A stretch of 46,253 nucleotides of DNA, counting the filler, from Catajapyx aquilonaris (taxonomy: Eukaryota): assembly GCA_000934665.2 (NCBI GenBank). It is 2 parts of 2 records of this genome, joined end to end, with 100 filler letters (N's around TTAATTAATTAA, not from the genome) between each part and the next. Parts side by side here need not be neighbours in the genome. Positions count along the whole stretch, not along the records: positions 1 to 23,067 come from JYFJ02005751.1; 1 more part is not named here. One strand, written 5' to 3'. This document shows positions 1 through 9,918 of this stretch, in pieces (the stretch's first letter is position 1; each line of letters opens with the position of its first letter). A program made the translations under genes and the position numbers. A model generated the notes under the pieces. The model ran no database searches, was not told where the DNA came from, and was given only the letters and a program-made list of their open reading frames with translations.

Positions 1-339
1 CCGGCCAAGTCATCTCACTTAGCTTATAGCCTCGAAGAAAGGCTTGGCGTCCACCACGATCTCACGACTTTGTACGGCGGAGTGGACAAGGCTTGGCACC
101 CAGACACCATCTCACAGGGGTTTTTTTCGGCGGAAGACTTGGCGCTTTTTTACGACTGCGTTTTTGAGTGGGATTAATATTTACATAATAATCCCTTCAC
201 CATGAAGATGTTAGTATTTTCATGGTTAAGCGCGTTATTCGGTATTCGTTCCTCCGCAAGACGCAAACGCACCACTGTGAATGTCTTGTGCAGCATCTGC
301 TGCGAGAAACTACACGTAGTTTCTCTCCTTGAGAATAAT

Positions 340-619
340 AATATCTTACCCCGTTATCAGCCTTTTTCGGCTCTTTTGGGGGGATTTTTGTTTTGTCAGG
401 AACTCTTGCGTACATGTTTACTGTTTGCTTTTTGGGATAGGATAGGGAAGGAAGGAGGCGGCTGTGGCCTTTTTAATTAGGAAGCAACCCCGGAATTCTC
501 CTGGAGAGACCGTGGGAAACCACAGAAAACCACGGTTAGAGTCGCCGGCCCCGGGGCTCGAACCCAGGACCTCCCGATTAGCAGTCGGACCCTGTAGCCA
601 CTACACCAAACTGCTTCGG
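340..619 (-). mobile_element. tRNA-derived SINE (family A)
   Basis: Minus-strand A-box-like TGGTGTAGTGG and B-box GGTTCGAGCCC; body GGCCACAGCCGCCTCCTTCCTTCCCTATCC; (ATT)n-type tail; 16-bp TSD TCTCCTTGAGAATAAT at 324-339 and 620-635. Confidence 0.9.
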
Positions 620-838
620 TCTCCTTGAGAATAATTATAATGTGAATTGCCTGAGCAAAGCATCACCTCTGCACTAGACATGAAACAGAGATAGTATGCA
701 TAAGATGTTATTATTTCAATCAATGTCCTTCTGCATAAGACAACGACAGAGTATGATCTGGAAAATACAGTAGACTACAAGTTGCATCAGGAACTAAGGT
801 ATCCCCCAACATTATTCCAGATATATGTATGTAGTGAT

Positions 839-1159
839 ACAGCTTCTCGGCCTCTGGCTAAGATCAAGGCGCCCATCGAGTGGTCCTCTCGGACCAACTC
901 GTATTTCTTGGTCGGACGGGGTGCTTGGGAGATTATCCCACCCCGTCCCTGGGTTGGACCCGGCATTGCAGTACAGCCGGGTCCAGCCCTCCTCTCCCCT
1001 ACCCTTCTCCCCCACCCCTACCTTGCAATCCCACACCTTCCTCTCCTCCCCCCGGCTGCCAAGGCTTGACTCAGACAGAGCCATACAAGCTGGGTAACCC
1101 TTCCAAACCAACCAACCAACCAACCAACCAACCAACCAACCAACCAACCAACCAACCAA
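839..1159 (+). mobile_element. U2 snRNA-derived SINE-like element / rearranged U2 retrocopy
   Basis: 839-868 ACAGCTTCTCGGCCTCTGGCTAAGATCAAG matches the U2 5' end (SL I). Sm-like ATTTCTTGG at 903-911; SL III-like hairpin 914-948; SL IV GGGTTGGACCCGGC-ATTGCAGTACA-GCCGGGTCCAGCCC at 951-989. The GTGTAGTA branch-point region is absent. Followed by a pyrimidine-rich spacer, a stem-loop and an (AACC)n tail. Confidence 0.8.
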
Positions 1160-1869
1160 GATATAGGTACCTATGTTTATCATTACATTAATGTAGTGTC
1201 CAGTAGGGTGTAGCGTCATGGGCGATCTGGAGGCACATTTCAGGTTTTGTTAAGTGGACCTCCCAAACTTCAAATATGAAAAGAAATTTTTATTCCGACA
1301 AGTGGAACACCCCCTATTTTGACCTTGAAATTTGTTAAAATGCCCAACTTAGACCAATGAATGCTTACCAGCGACATGGTTGCGGACATATTGGTAAATG
1401 CATGGCATAGGGAATCGCAGCTATGTCTCCTCTACTCCTGTGCCAAATTTGGTTGACAGGAAACCAACAGCAAAGCCACAAAAAAATGGAATAGTGACCC
1501 CCCGCCAGTTCCGCGCAAGGCTGTGCTCGTTTCCCAACTCCTCCCATTCTCGTCAGTAAAGAAGCGCTACAACTCCTCCAGCTACTCCCAAAGAAAGGGT
1601 TGCAGGGTTTGTCTAGAACTCTAGATGATTAAGGCCACTGCCTCCCACCTCTGGGGACTTGAGTTCAAGTCCCGGCTAGGACTGAGTTTGCCTATATGAG
1701 CGTCATTGAGCGAATGTTACACTTATCTTCTAAAGTCAAATATGAAAGGAAATTTTTTGGGATATGAAAGATTTCTTAAAATTGTCTAGTCAATATTTTA
1801 TTTTTGCAATAAGCACATACACTGTCATACACTGCTACATAAGTACAGAGTGCAGTTTATTTAGGAAAT

Positions 1870-2808
1870 TGTCACGAGGTCAAATTCAAGAGGTCCCAAA
1901 AGCAGAGAGTGACGTACTAAGGTGCAATTTAAAGAGAGAATTTATTCTCAAAAAAAAAAACTGTTCAGGAAAAAATAGGAGCAAGTCCACTCAAATATAG
2001 GTTCACAATAATATTGGGATGTGGAGAACGGACGGCTAGGAAGGTCAGATTAACAAACAAAACAATCCTGAACAAAACATCCAAATAACGTGTACAACTA
2101 GAGTATAAACCAACACACTTGGCACTCATGGAAATAACACTCCACATTCACTTTCACTTTCTACTCCCGCTTCACGCTCCACTAGCCCGGAGCGATAAAG
2201 AAGAGCAGGCCCCCCAAAAAAATGTATGCACTGGCGCAACTAAGCAACACGCACCGTTACACACATACGTTCTATAGAAGATCCAGGTCCGGATCTCCAG
2301 AGTTGAACAAACACTCCGGTGAGATGACAAATCCTCGTTGGTGTCCTTGATGACGAGAGTCCAACTTCACCACTGTCGTTGAACACAGGCGTATACCGCC
2401 TACTTCACCACTGTCGTTGAACACAGGCATCTACAGCCTACAGTGTCAAACAGTGCGACACGTCCCCAATAAAAGGGGAAGGGAGGGAAGGCAAAGGAAA
2501 CGACCGTGTACAATTTTACCACGGCCTCCAAACCTTCAAACCACTGACAAGTAACGGGAACCCACCCGTACCACAGTAACTCCCCAGAATTACGTACAAG
2601 TACCTTTCACTCGTACAACCCAAAGGGGGGGAAAATAGCAAGTCACCCAGCGTACACAGAGCATACCAGCTCCGCTGAGGAGACGCCACATACTGACCAC
2701 GCAGGGCCAGAAAAAAACTCTTCAAGAAAAAAAAATCCTAGCGACTAAGCAATTCCATTTTACAAGCCGAGTCCGTGAGACAGGCCAGTCCAAAAGTCAC
2801 ACGTGACA
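1870..2808. mobile_element. Solo LTR (939 bp) inserted in the left arm of the palindrome
   Basis: Termini TGTCACG...CGTGACA; 5-bp TSD GAAAT at 1865-1869 and 2809-2813; the right arm shows the empty site; no internal gag/pol. Confidence 0.9.
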
Positions 2809-2813
2809 GAAAT

Positions 2814-3330
2814 GGTACATTAAAGTCTTTCTTACTTCTGAATGAAGCCATAAAGTCACGGGATTTACATGCTGACCTAATATAGCCATCTCTTGCCTCC
2901 TTTCCGTAAACTGCCTCGGATGCTTCAGTTACCACCTACACGCATCTTTCCACTGCTTGAGAGTGACATGGTAACGTTACGACACGGGGTTCCTCAATTA
3001 TCATCCGCTCAAGCTTTTCGATGGAGAACTGCATCGTGAGTGGAGGTTCCGCCTTGCACTCTTCCACTGGTGGAAGTAGATCTTTCAAAATCTGAGATCT
3101 TTTCTGGACCTTTGGAGGGCGAAATTCTCTGGCTGGCTGTTGTTTGGGAAGTTGCGGAATGGTCTTGATTACATCGACTGCCAATTTCCAGTTTTCATGG
3201 TCATCATCTGCAAGCTTGATTTGGTGCAGAAAATGTTTCGGGCCATCTGTACATCTTGGGTGACGTTTGATCCTGAACCACATAAGTCCATAGTGGCACA
3301 CGACGCACTGTGCGAGTAAATGCAGCTCTT
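2814..3330 (-). pseudogene. hAT-type transposase C-terminal fragment, left arm (internal deletion and frameshift)
   Basis: Reads EELHLLAQCVVCHYGLMWFRIKRHPRCTDGPKHFLHQIKL//ADDDHENW...PCHSQAVERCV. It lacks the VTLLPP...LLAML segment of the right arm, and a small deletion near 2936 shifts the frame. Confidence 0.8.
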
Positions 3331-3880
3331 CACAGATGGCCCGAAACATTTTCTGCACCAAATCAAGCTGGTAACACTATTGCCACCGGCAAGCGAGGAC
3401 ATTTTATGGCGTGTTATCCAAAGAAACGCGTATTGGGCTCACCATGAAAATGTGTTACTAGCGATGCTTGCAGATGATGACCATGAAAACTGGAAATTGG
3501 CAGTCGATGTAATCAAGACCATTCCGCAACTTCCCAAACCACAGCCAGCCAGAGAATTTCGCCCTCCAAAGGTCCAGAAAAGATCTCAGATTTTGAAAGA
3601 TCTGCTTCCACCAGTGGAAGAGTGCAAGGCGGAACCTCCAGTCACGATGCAGTTCTCCATCGAAAAGCTTGAGCGGATGATAATTGAGGAACCCCGTGTC
3701 GTAACGTTACCATGTCACTCTCAAGCAGTGGAAAGATGCGTGAAGGTGGTAACTGAAGCATCCGAGGCAGTTTACGGAAAGGCGGCAAGAGATGGCTATA
3801 TTAGGTCAGCATGTAAATCCCGTGACTTTATGGCTTCATTCAGAAGTAAGAAAGACTTTAATGTACCATTTCCTAAATAA
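3331..3880 (+). pseudogene. hAT-type transposase C-terminal fragment, right arm
   Basis: Open frame TDGPKHFLHQIKL...IQRNAYWAHHENVLLAML...EPPVT...LPCHSQAVERCVKVVTEAS...KKDFNVPFPK*. It is 5'-truncated at the palindrome centre. Confidence 0.85.
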
Positions 3881-4579
3881 ACTGCACTCTGTACTTATGT
3901 AGCAGTGTATGACAGTGTATGTGCTTATTGCAAAAATAAAATATTGACTAGACAATTTTAAGAAATCTTTCATATCCCAAAAAATTTCCTTTCATATTTG
4001 ACTTTAGAAGATAAGTGTAACATTCGCTCAATGACGCTCATATAGGCAAACTTAGTCCTAGCCGGGACTTGAACTCAAGTCCCCAGAGGTGGGAGGCAGT
4101 GGCCTTAATCATCTAGAGTTCTAGACAAACCCTGCAACCCTTTCTTTGGGAGTAGCTGGAGGAGTTGTAGCGCTTCTTTACTGACGAGAATGGGAGGAGT
4201 TGGGAAACGAGCATAGCCTTGCGCGGAACTGGCGGGGGGTCACTATTCCATTTTTTTGTGGCTTTGCTGTCGGTTTCCTGTCAACCAAATGTGGCACAGG
4301 AGTAGAGGAGACATAGCTGCGATTCCCTATGCCATGCATTTACCAATATGTCCGCAACCATGTCGCTGGTAAGCATTCATTGGTCTAAGTTGGGCATTTT
4401 AACAATTTTCAAGGTCAAAAAGGGGGGTGTTCCACTTGTCGGGGAAAAAAATTCTTTTCATATTTGTAGTTTGGGAGGTCCACTTAACAAAACCTGAAAT
4501 GTGCCTTTTGATCCGATAAAATTCGTCCAATGACTCTACACCCTAATATACAGTACGTAGCTAAATATAAACTGAAAAA

Positions 4580-4710
4580 CCCTTAAGGCGCTCAGTGGTG
4601 CTCCAGCTAGGCGTCCCGGGTAGGTCTACGGGTAGGTACAATCCTTAGGTACTCCCAGGTACTCCTTGGTATTCCGGTGTACACTCTACAGTCGAGTGAG
4701 TACCCCCTCG
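4580..4710 (-). mobile_element. Degenerate copy of the small TIR element with GGAGTACC minisatellite
   Basis: Reverse complement GAGGGGGTACTCACTCGACTGTAGAGTGTACACCGGAATACCAAGGAGTACCTGGGAGTACC resembles 30799-30952 and 7515-7686. Confidence 0.55.
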
Positions 4711-5151
4711 GGCGGCATGTTTAAACAACAGCTGGACAGAAAAAGTCATAATCAGGTCTTGCAAAAAATATATAACTTGTCTTATACTGTTCTTCACTCA
4801 GAATTTATTGGCTTTGACAACTGCACAACAAAATTGATAATAAGTTACTCTCGTTTTTCTTGGGTTGTAGAGTGGCCTTCAGATTCATAGAGTTGAGGTC
4901 ATTAAAAAGACGTTAGGAAGAATTCCTACAATATATTTTCTCAAATGACACGTGCGGTCATCGCGTTCAGGTCACTACTGTACAATCCGCAGTCAATGTT
5001 AAAATTTTGGAACGTTGACTACAGCTGTCACTTTAATGATAAGCAATAATGACGACAAAAATAAACTACACGGACTAGGATACTAGGATTGGAGTGGATA
5101 CTTGCAACATCCTGAAAATTGATCTAGTTTGTCTGGGTGTGGACATGATCC

Positions 5152-6234
5152 TCACAGACGTGCCAAGTGTTTTGAACGGGACTCCTCTTTAATTCCGGTA
5201 ACAATCATGCTGGTAAAATAATTAATAATTCTGACCGCTGGTCTGAAACGACAGAGGGACGACAAGATAAATGTAATCAATTTGAAACTTATCTTAGAGT
5301 ACCACGACACTTTGAAAGAGAGCGTTTCAAAGACACTGGTAAATTTGTATACCCACATCATGAGAAGAAGGTAGGTTTCGCCACTCAAGACGAGGCGCGT
5401 CAAAGGAACAATATTGTGAGAAGCAGACACCAACATTCTACAGTAATATTCATTTTCCGCAGTAAAATTCTTCATGTTGCGCTGGAAAACTTCATCCATC
5501 GTCTCCTGGCAAATGGCTCTTATTTGATCCAATGTTTCCGTAAACGGATTCAAGTGTTCCTCTACTCCCAGGTGGTAACAAAGGACTTTCCACGTGTACA
5601 TGTAATCCCCGATCTCCTCCTCTGTTGCATTGTGTATGCCCACCTTCTCTGGACACAACACTACAGGAAATGTCATCATAACTGACGCCAAGGCGAGGTC
5701 CAGCTGGCTCATGTATGGACTCCCATCCTGCAGCTTGAATGGACACGGAGGTGACTGGTCCCTGATGTGTTCAGTCAGTCGACACTCTTCCCACAGCTGA
5801 GGCTCCTTGGACGTATCCATCTTGACTGCTTCCACCTTTGACCTGTTCTTATTGGCATACGCACCCAACCTCCTGTGTCAGTCCTGGACGTCCTTCATGC
5901 TTCGATACGCCTCGTCCTGTGCATCCCACAGGTCTCCTTAAAACCAGGTTGAAATGTGTGCAAGAGTGGCCATCATTAAGCGACGAAGTGTCTGCGGATT
6001 CTCAAACTTGCCGTAGTAGAGCACCACTTGATGTCCTGGCTCCCATAAAAAGTGGCCTGAGGCAGACATGAACACGGAGAGAAGCACTCCGAAGAGATTT
6101 CTCTGCGCGAAGGCCTGTCCCCTCCGAAACCTGTCCTTGTCCAACCAAGATGGAGCCTTGTCCACAGTGTTCACAACTGTGTAAGGCACCATCGCACCTT
6201 CTCGAATGAGCTTCTGCAGAGTTAGTCCTTCCAT
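5152..6234 (-). pseudogene. Intronless MpaB/DUF2236 (ER-bound oxygenase / rubber-oxygenase catalytic domain)-like gene with two in-frame stops
   Basis: One continuous frame of 360 codons from ATG 6234: PSWLDKDRFRRGQAF...TLAHISTWF*GDLWD...MKDVQD*HRR...SQLDLALA...PEKVGI...DYMYTWKVLCYHLGVEEHLN. Stops are TAA 5938-5940 and TGA 5878-5880. Family recognised from motifs. Confidence 0.75.
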
Positions 6235-6265
6235 TTGGAGTGAGGAAGACGAACGAGAAAGGGGC

Positions 6266-6273
6266 TTTATATA
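6266..6273 (-). promoter_or_regulatory. Candidate TATA box of the MpaB-like gene
   Basis: TATATAAA on the minus strand, about 32-40 bp upstream of ATG 6234. Confidence 0.4.
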
Positions 6274-6865
6274 TCCCCGAACGTACCAAGCATTGGAGCT
6301 ACGTACGTATACGATACATATGTCTGATGTGGCGTAACACCTGAAATTAATGGCATAGTTATGCAACATTTCATGCCTTATAACCGAGATGACACCGATA
6401 ACCGAGTCTAAACACGCCACATTACATGCCGGTTTAATATAAGGCGTGAAATGTTGCATAACTATGCTCTTAAGAATTTACAACAAGCAGTGGCAGAACA
6501 TATTCGAGGTATAAGTTGCAAGCGTTGTGTATTGGTGTGCGCCCTCATCATGAGCTATGCAAATGTTATTTTATTGGTAACCCTGGAGATGCTCCTCGGA
6601 AAATTAGATTCAATGAAAGTATTCGTTAAGACCTAGAATTTAAGTAAACAGAGCTTGACTAGTTAGAATTTGACATCAGTGGCTCCACAAATATATTCTT
6701 GCATTTTGTGTTAGTTTAAAAGGAAGGATCGCAGCCATTCGGCCATTTTTTCCATAGTTATAATTCCGGGTTGTACTGTGCAGTACCCGAAAAAGGACTG
6801 GAACGCAGAGTTAGTCCTTACATTTTTGCAAATAAGAAAGACTAACCAGAAGGAGGCATTATGTA

Positions 6866-6943
6866 GAGTCGGCACGAAAAAGGTAAGGACACATTGACGG
6901 TTCCAGAATCCTCAATGTGTCCTTACCTCTTCCGTGCCGACTG
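6866..6943. mobile_element. Mini palindromic MITE (Tc1/mariner-like)
   Basis: AGTCGGCACG..AAGGTAAGGACACATTGA pairs with TCAATGTGTCCTTACC..CGTGCCGACT; TA on both sides. Confidence 0.7.
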
Positions 6944-7134
6944 TACAAGCGTACATGCGAGAAATTTTATTACCAAGCAATGGTGTTCCATAACGTTGCA
7001 CAAGATGAAATTAATTATTTCAATTCCCAAGTACAAGGAGTATGATTATTGCGCAAGTTGATTGTGAAATATTATTTTCTTTCCGCAGCAATGAACAATA
7101 TTCATGCCAGTACCTGCATGGAAATGGAATGTGG

Positions 7135-7193
7135 CATGTTTAGAGTGATCTGACCTACAGAAGACTTATGTAGGTCAGTTCACTCTAAACATG
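7135..7193. repeat. Near-perfect 59-bp palindrome / hairpin
   Basis: CATGTTTAGAGTGATCTGACCTACA pairs with TGTAGGTCAGTTCACTCTAAACATG. Confidence 0.8.
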
Positions 7194-7514
7194 TCATCGT
7201 TCCGGACCAATTTTGGGTTCCACTCCAATTTTGCCAAAGCCCTTCTGTTCCCCCAAACTGACCAATTCCATGGAAAGAATACAATAGTGGATGGCGAACC
7301 ATGATTGTTATGGTTCATAAACCTATCTGGATTATTTGCATTGTAGTGCGGAAATAAAACTTATCGACTGCGCCTGATCCCATCCATGATTCTGTCAGCA
7401 GGAAACAATGGTTTAGCGAATGCCCCCCTTTGCCCACCTCCTCCTCTCAACCATCTGGTCTCCTCTTGTTACGTACGTAAGCATATTATGAATTCTATCG
7501 TCGCGCCTCCCGAC

Positions 7515-7686
7515 GGGAGTACCTGGGAATACCAAAGGAGTACCTAGGAGTACCGAGGAGTACCTGGGAGTACCTGGGAGTACCTGGGAGTACCTGGGAG
7601 TACCAAGGAGTACCTGGGAGTACCAAGGAGTACCTGGGAGTACCACTGCAGGTGTACACCGGAGTACCGAAGTGATTACCCCCTTG
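7515..7686 (+). repeat. 10-bp minisatellite (GGAGTACCTG)n within a small TIR element
   Basis: About 12 tandem units, followed by ACCACTGCAGGTGTACACCGGAGTACCGAAGTG...CCCCTTG, shared with 30799-30952. Confidence 0.85.
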
Positions 7687-8158
7687 CTATGAAGATTTAA
7701 TTTAAGTAAAAGGTTTCCTAGTAAATGCATTTTTATGATTATGGGCTTTATAATTATGGTATTTTTTCCTCTCCAAGACGCTTTTAACAGCTGTCACGCA
7801 CGCGAAAAAAAAACTTGAAATTTTGCATTTCTTGCAATACAAGGGGTCTGAGGAGGATGTCCTCACCGCTAGTCTCTGACGTGCACGCCTGACACAATCT
7901 TTTTGGGTTACGAAAGAGCAGAATCACGAGGAGAGTAGTTATGAAATTTTGAAATCTTTTCTCTAAAAACGCTCCAGCATAGAGAGAATTAATTAATATT
8001 TACATAATAATTCCTTCACCATGAAGATGTTAGTATTTTCATGGTTAAGCGCTTTATTCGGTATTCGTTCCTCCGCAAGACGCAAACGCACCACTGTGAA
8101 TGTCTTGTGCAGCATTTGCTGCGAGAAACTACACGTAGTTTTTCTCCTTGAGAATAAT

Positions 8159-8435
8159 ATCTTACCCCGTTATCAGCCTTTTTCGGCTGTTTAGGGGGGA
8201 TTTTTGTTTTGTCAGGAACGCTTGCGTACATGTTTACTGTTTGCTTTTTGGGATAGGATAGGGAAGGAAGGAGGCGGCTGTGGCCTTTTTAATTAGGAAG
8301 CAACCCCGGAATTCTCCTGGAGGGACCGTGGGAAACCACAGAAAACCACGGTTAGAGTCGCCGGCCCCGGGGCTCGAACCCAGGACCTCCCGATTAGCAG
8401 TCGGACCCTGTAGCCACTACACCAAACTGCTTCGG
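8159..8435 (-). mobile_element. tRNA-derived SINE (family A), duplicated copy
   Basis: Same element and same TSD (TCTCCTTGAGAATAAT) as 340-619. Confidence 0.9.
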
Positions 8436-8653
8436 TCTCCTTGAGAATAATTATAATGTGAATTGCCTGAGCAAAGCATCACCTCTGCACTAGACATGAA
8501 ACTGAGATAGTATGCGTAAGATGTTATTATTTCAATCAATGTCCTTCTGCATAAGACAACGACAGAGTTGCTCTGGAAAATACAGTAGACTACAAGTTGC
8601 ATCAAGAACTAAGGTATCCCCCAACATTATTCCAGATATATGTATGTATTGAT

Positions 8654-8943
8654 ACAGCTTCTCGGCCTCTGGCTAAGATCAAGGCGCCCATCGAGTGGTC
8701 CTCTCAGACCAACTCGTATTTCTTGGTCGGACTGGGTGCTTGGGAGATTATCCCACCCCCGTCCCTGGGTTGGACCCGGCATTGCAGTACAGCCGGGTCC
8801 AGCCCTCCTCTCCCCCACCCTTCTCCCTCACCCCTACCTTGCAATCCCACACCTTCCTCTCCTACCCCCGGCTGCCAAGGCTCGACTCAGACAGAGCAAT
8901 ACAAGCTGGGTAACCCTTCCAAACCAACCAACCAACCAACCAA
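8654..8943 (+). mobile_element. U2 snRNA-derived SINE-like element, duplicated copy
   Basis: Same organisation as 839-1159 (U2 SL I, Sm-like site, SL III, SL IV with ATTGCAGTAC loop, stem-loop, shorter AACC tail) and same flanks. Confidence 0.8.
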
Positions 8944-9889
8944 GATATAGGTACCTATGTTTATCATTACATTAATTTTGTGTCCAGGCAACTGGCTGTT
9001 GATGGTTGCCTGGTCACTGCATTATTGATGTTGTTGTGTAGTTCGATTCTGGCCGATCTCCTGATCGGACGCTGTGTAGTTGTTGTCCTGAATAGAGTTC
9101 CAAACTGGTTCTCATACCCTTCCCCGTGTGTTATTCTGTGGTGTCTCTGACGTACTCATCGTGGAGCACTGCATTAACTTAATTGCTACAGTATTGATAA
9201 CTATATGAACTGAAGCAAATAACATTCTTCCAATATTTTCTGTATTCTTTTCGTCCCTATTTACATGATAATACTTGCATAACATTATCATCGTATACTT
9301 GATACAGACGCGAGACTGCTTGCAACACGTCTAGTTTGCAATAAGCAATGCATTTTTGATACGTCATCACTGCCCTTGCAGGTGGGTGCGCAATAATAAT
9401 AATATAGCAATTATTATCACACCTATGATATGGGGTAAAAAATGAATGGTGTTTTATTTCGTAAGCCCTAAGGTGCATGTTTCTCACTATTGCAACAAAA
9501 AACCCGATGGTTCCGAATTTGGATTGGAGTTCGATTGGAATGGGTTCAGTATGTTCCTCCCAGCCTCTTCTTCGCGGATCGCCAAAGTACAGTTGACTCC
9601 GGATATAACAGCCTCGAAAGGGAAAATACGTTGTTTTTGATTATTCAACTTGCTTTCCCACGCGCAAGAATAAGACAGAGAATATACTGAGGAGTGTGAT
9701 TTTCGTATCTGTCACTGATCCAAGCTACTCAAAATCATCCTTTTTGTGGTACATTTGACAAAAATGAGACGACAGAGGAAAAGTACGGATTTTTTTGGGG
9801 TCCTGCGTAATTTACGGGTGAGCTAATTTTGCATTATTGTGGATAGTTTCATAAATGTATGCAGTAGTGGGTATTATAAGCATATTATA

Positions 9890-9918
9890 CTAGCAGGATA
9901 CCCGGCGTTGCTCGGGTT
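9890..9918 (-). mobile_element. Helitron 3' terminus
   Basis: Minus strand reads CCCGAGCAACGCCGGG hairpin, short spacer, CTAG|T. The 5' end was not located. Confidence 0.65.

Larger units (their letters stand above)
173..1203. repeat. ~1-kb segmental duplication, copy 1 (copy 2 at 7992-8987)
   Basis: Near-identical direct repeat running ATTAATATTTACATAATAA...GTGTCCAG. It contains a tRNA-SINE and the U2-derived element. Copy 1 stops exactly where the hAT terminus TAGGGTG begins (1204). Confidence 0.95.
1204..4545. mobile_element. Foldback palindrome of two hAT (hATm-like) transposon 3' ends
   Basis: Ends TAGGGTGTAG...CTACACCCTA. 1204-1869 plus 2814-~3250 is the reverse complement of ~3331-4545. 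Both arms encode the same transposase C-terminus in opposite orientations (NAYWAHHENVLLAML in the right arm only; PCHSQAVERCVK and ARDGYIR in both). The hATm label rests on recalled motifs and termini. Confidence 0.8.
7992..8987. repeat. ~1-kb segmental duplication, copy 2
   Basis: Direct repeat of 173-1203 with scattered substitutions and a shorter AACC tract. It continues GTGTCCAG|GCAACT with no hAT terminus. Confidence 0.95.

Noticed and set aside
540..619. tRNA genes (also near 18370, 31550, 38470, 41570)
   Set aside because: The A/B boxes are followed by SINE bodies, tails and TSDs, so these are SINE heads.
839..989. Functional U2 snRNA gene
   Set aside because: The essential GUAGUA branch-point pairing sequence and stem-loop IIa are missing, and it runs into a repeat tail. 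The PSE-like TATCCCCCAAC at ~800 is closer than the usual PSE position.
782..1219. Overlapping ORFs with GWLV / NQPT repeats (also 8597-8975)
   Set aside because: They are translations of the U2-derived element and its AACC microsatellite.
3320..3880. Intact transposase gene
   Set aside because: Only the C-terminal ~180 aa are present, and the apparent start codon comes from the antisense palindrome centre.
5878..5880. Selenocysteine or readthrough TGA in the oxygenase-like gene
   Set aside because: An in-frame TAA lies upstream in the same frame and I saw no convincing SECIS; pseudogenisation is simpler.
7515..7645. CRISPR-like array
   Set aside because: Contiguous 10-bp tandem units with no unique spacers, no cas genes, and a eukaryotic context.
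173..8987. LTR retrotransposon with 1-kb LTRs
   Set aside because: The repeats lack TG..CA ends, PBS/PPT and TSD, contain SINEs, and enclose no gag/pol.
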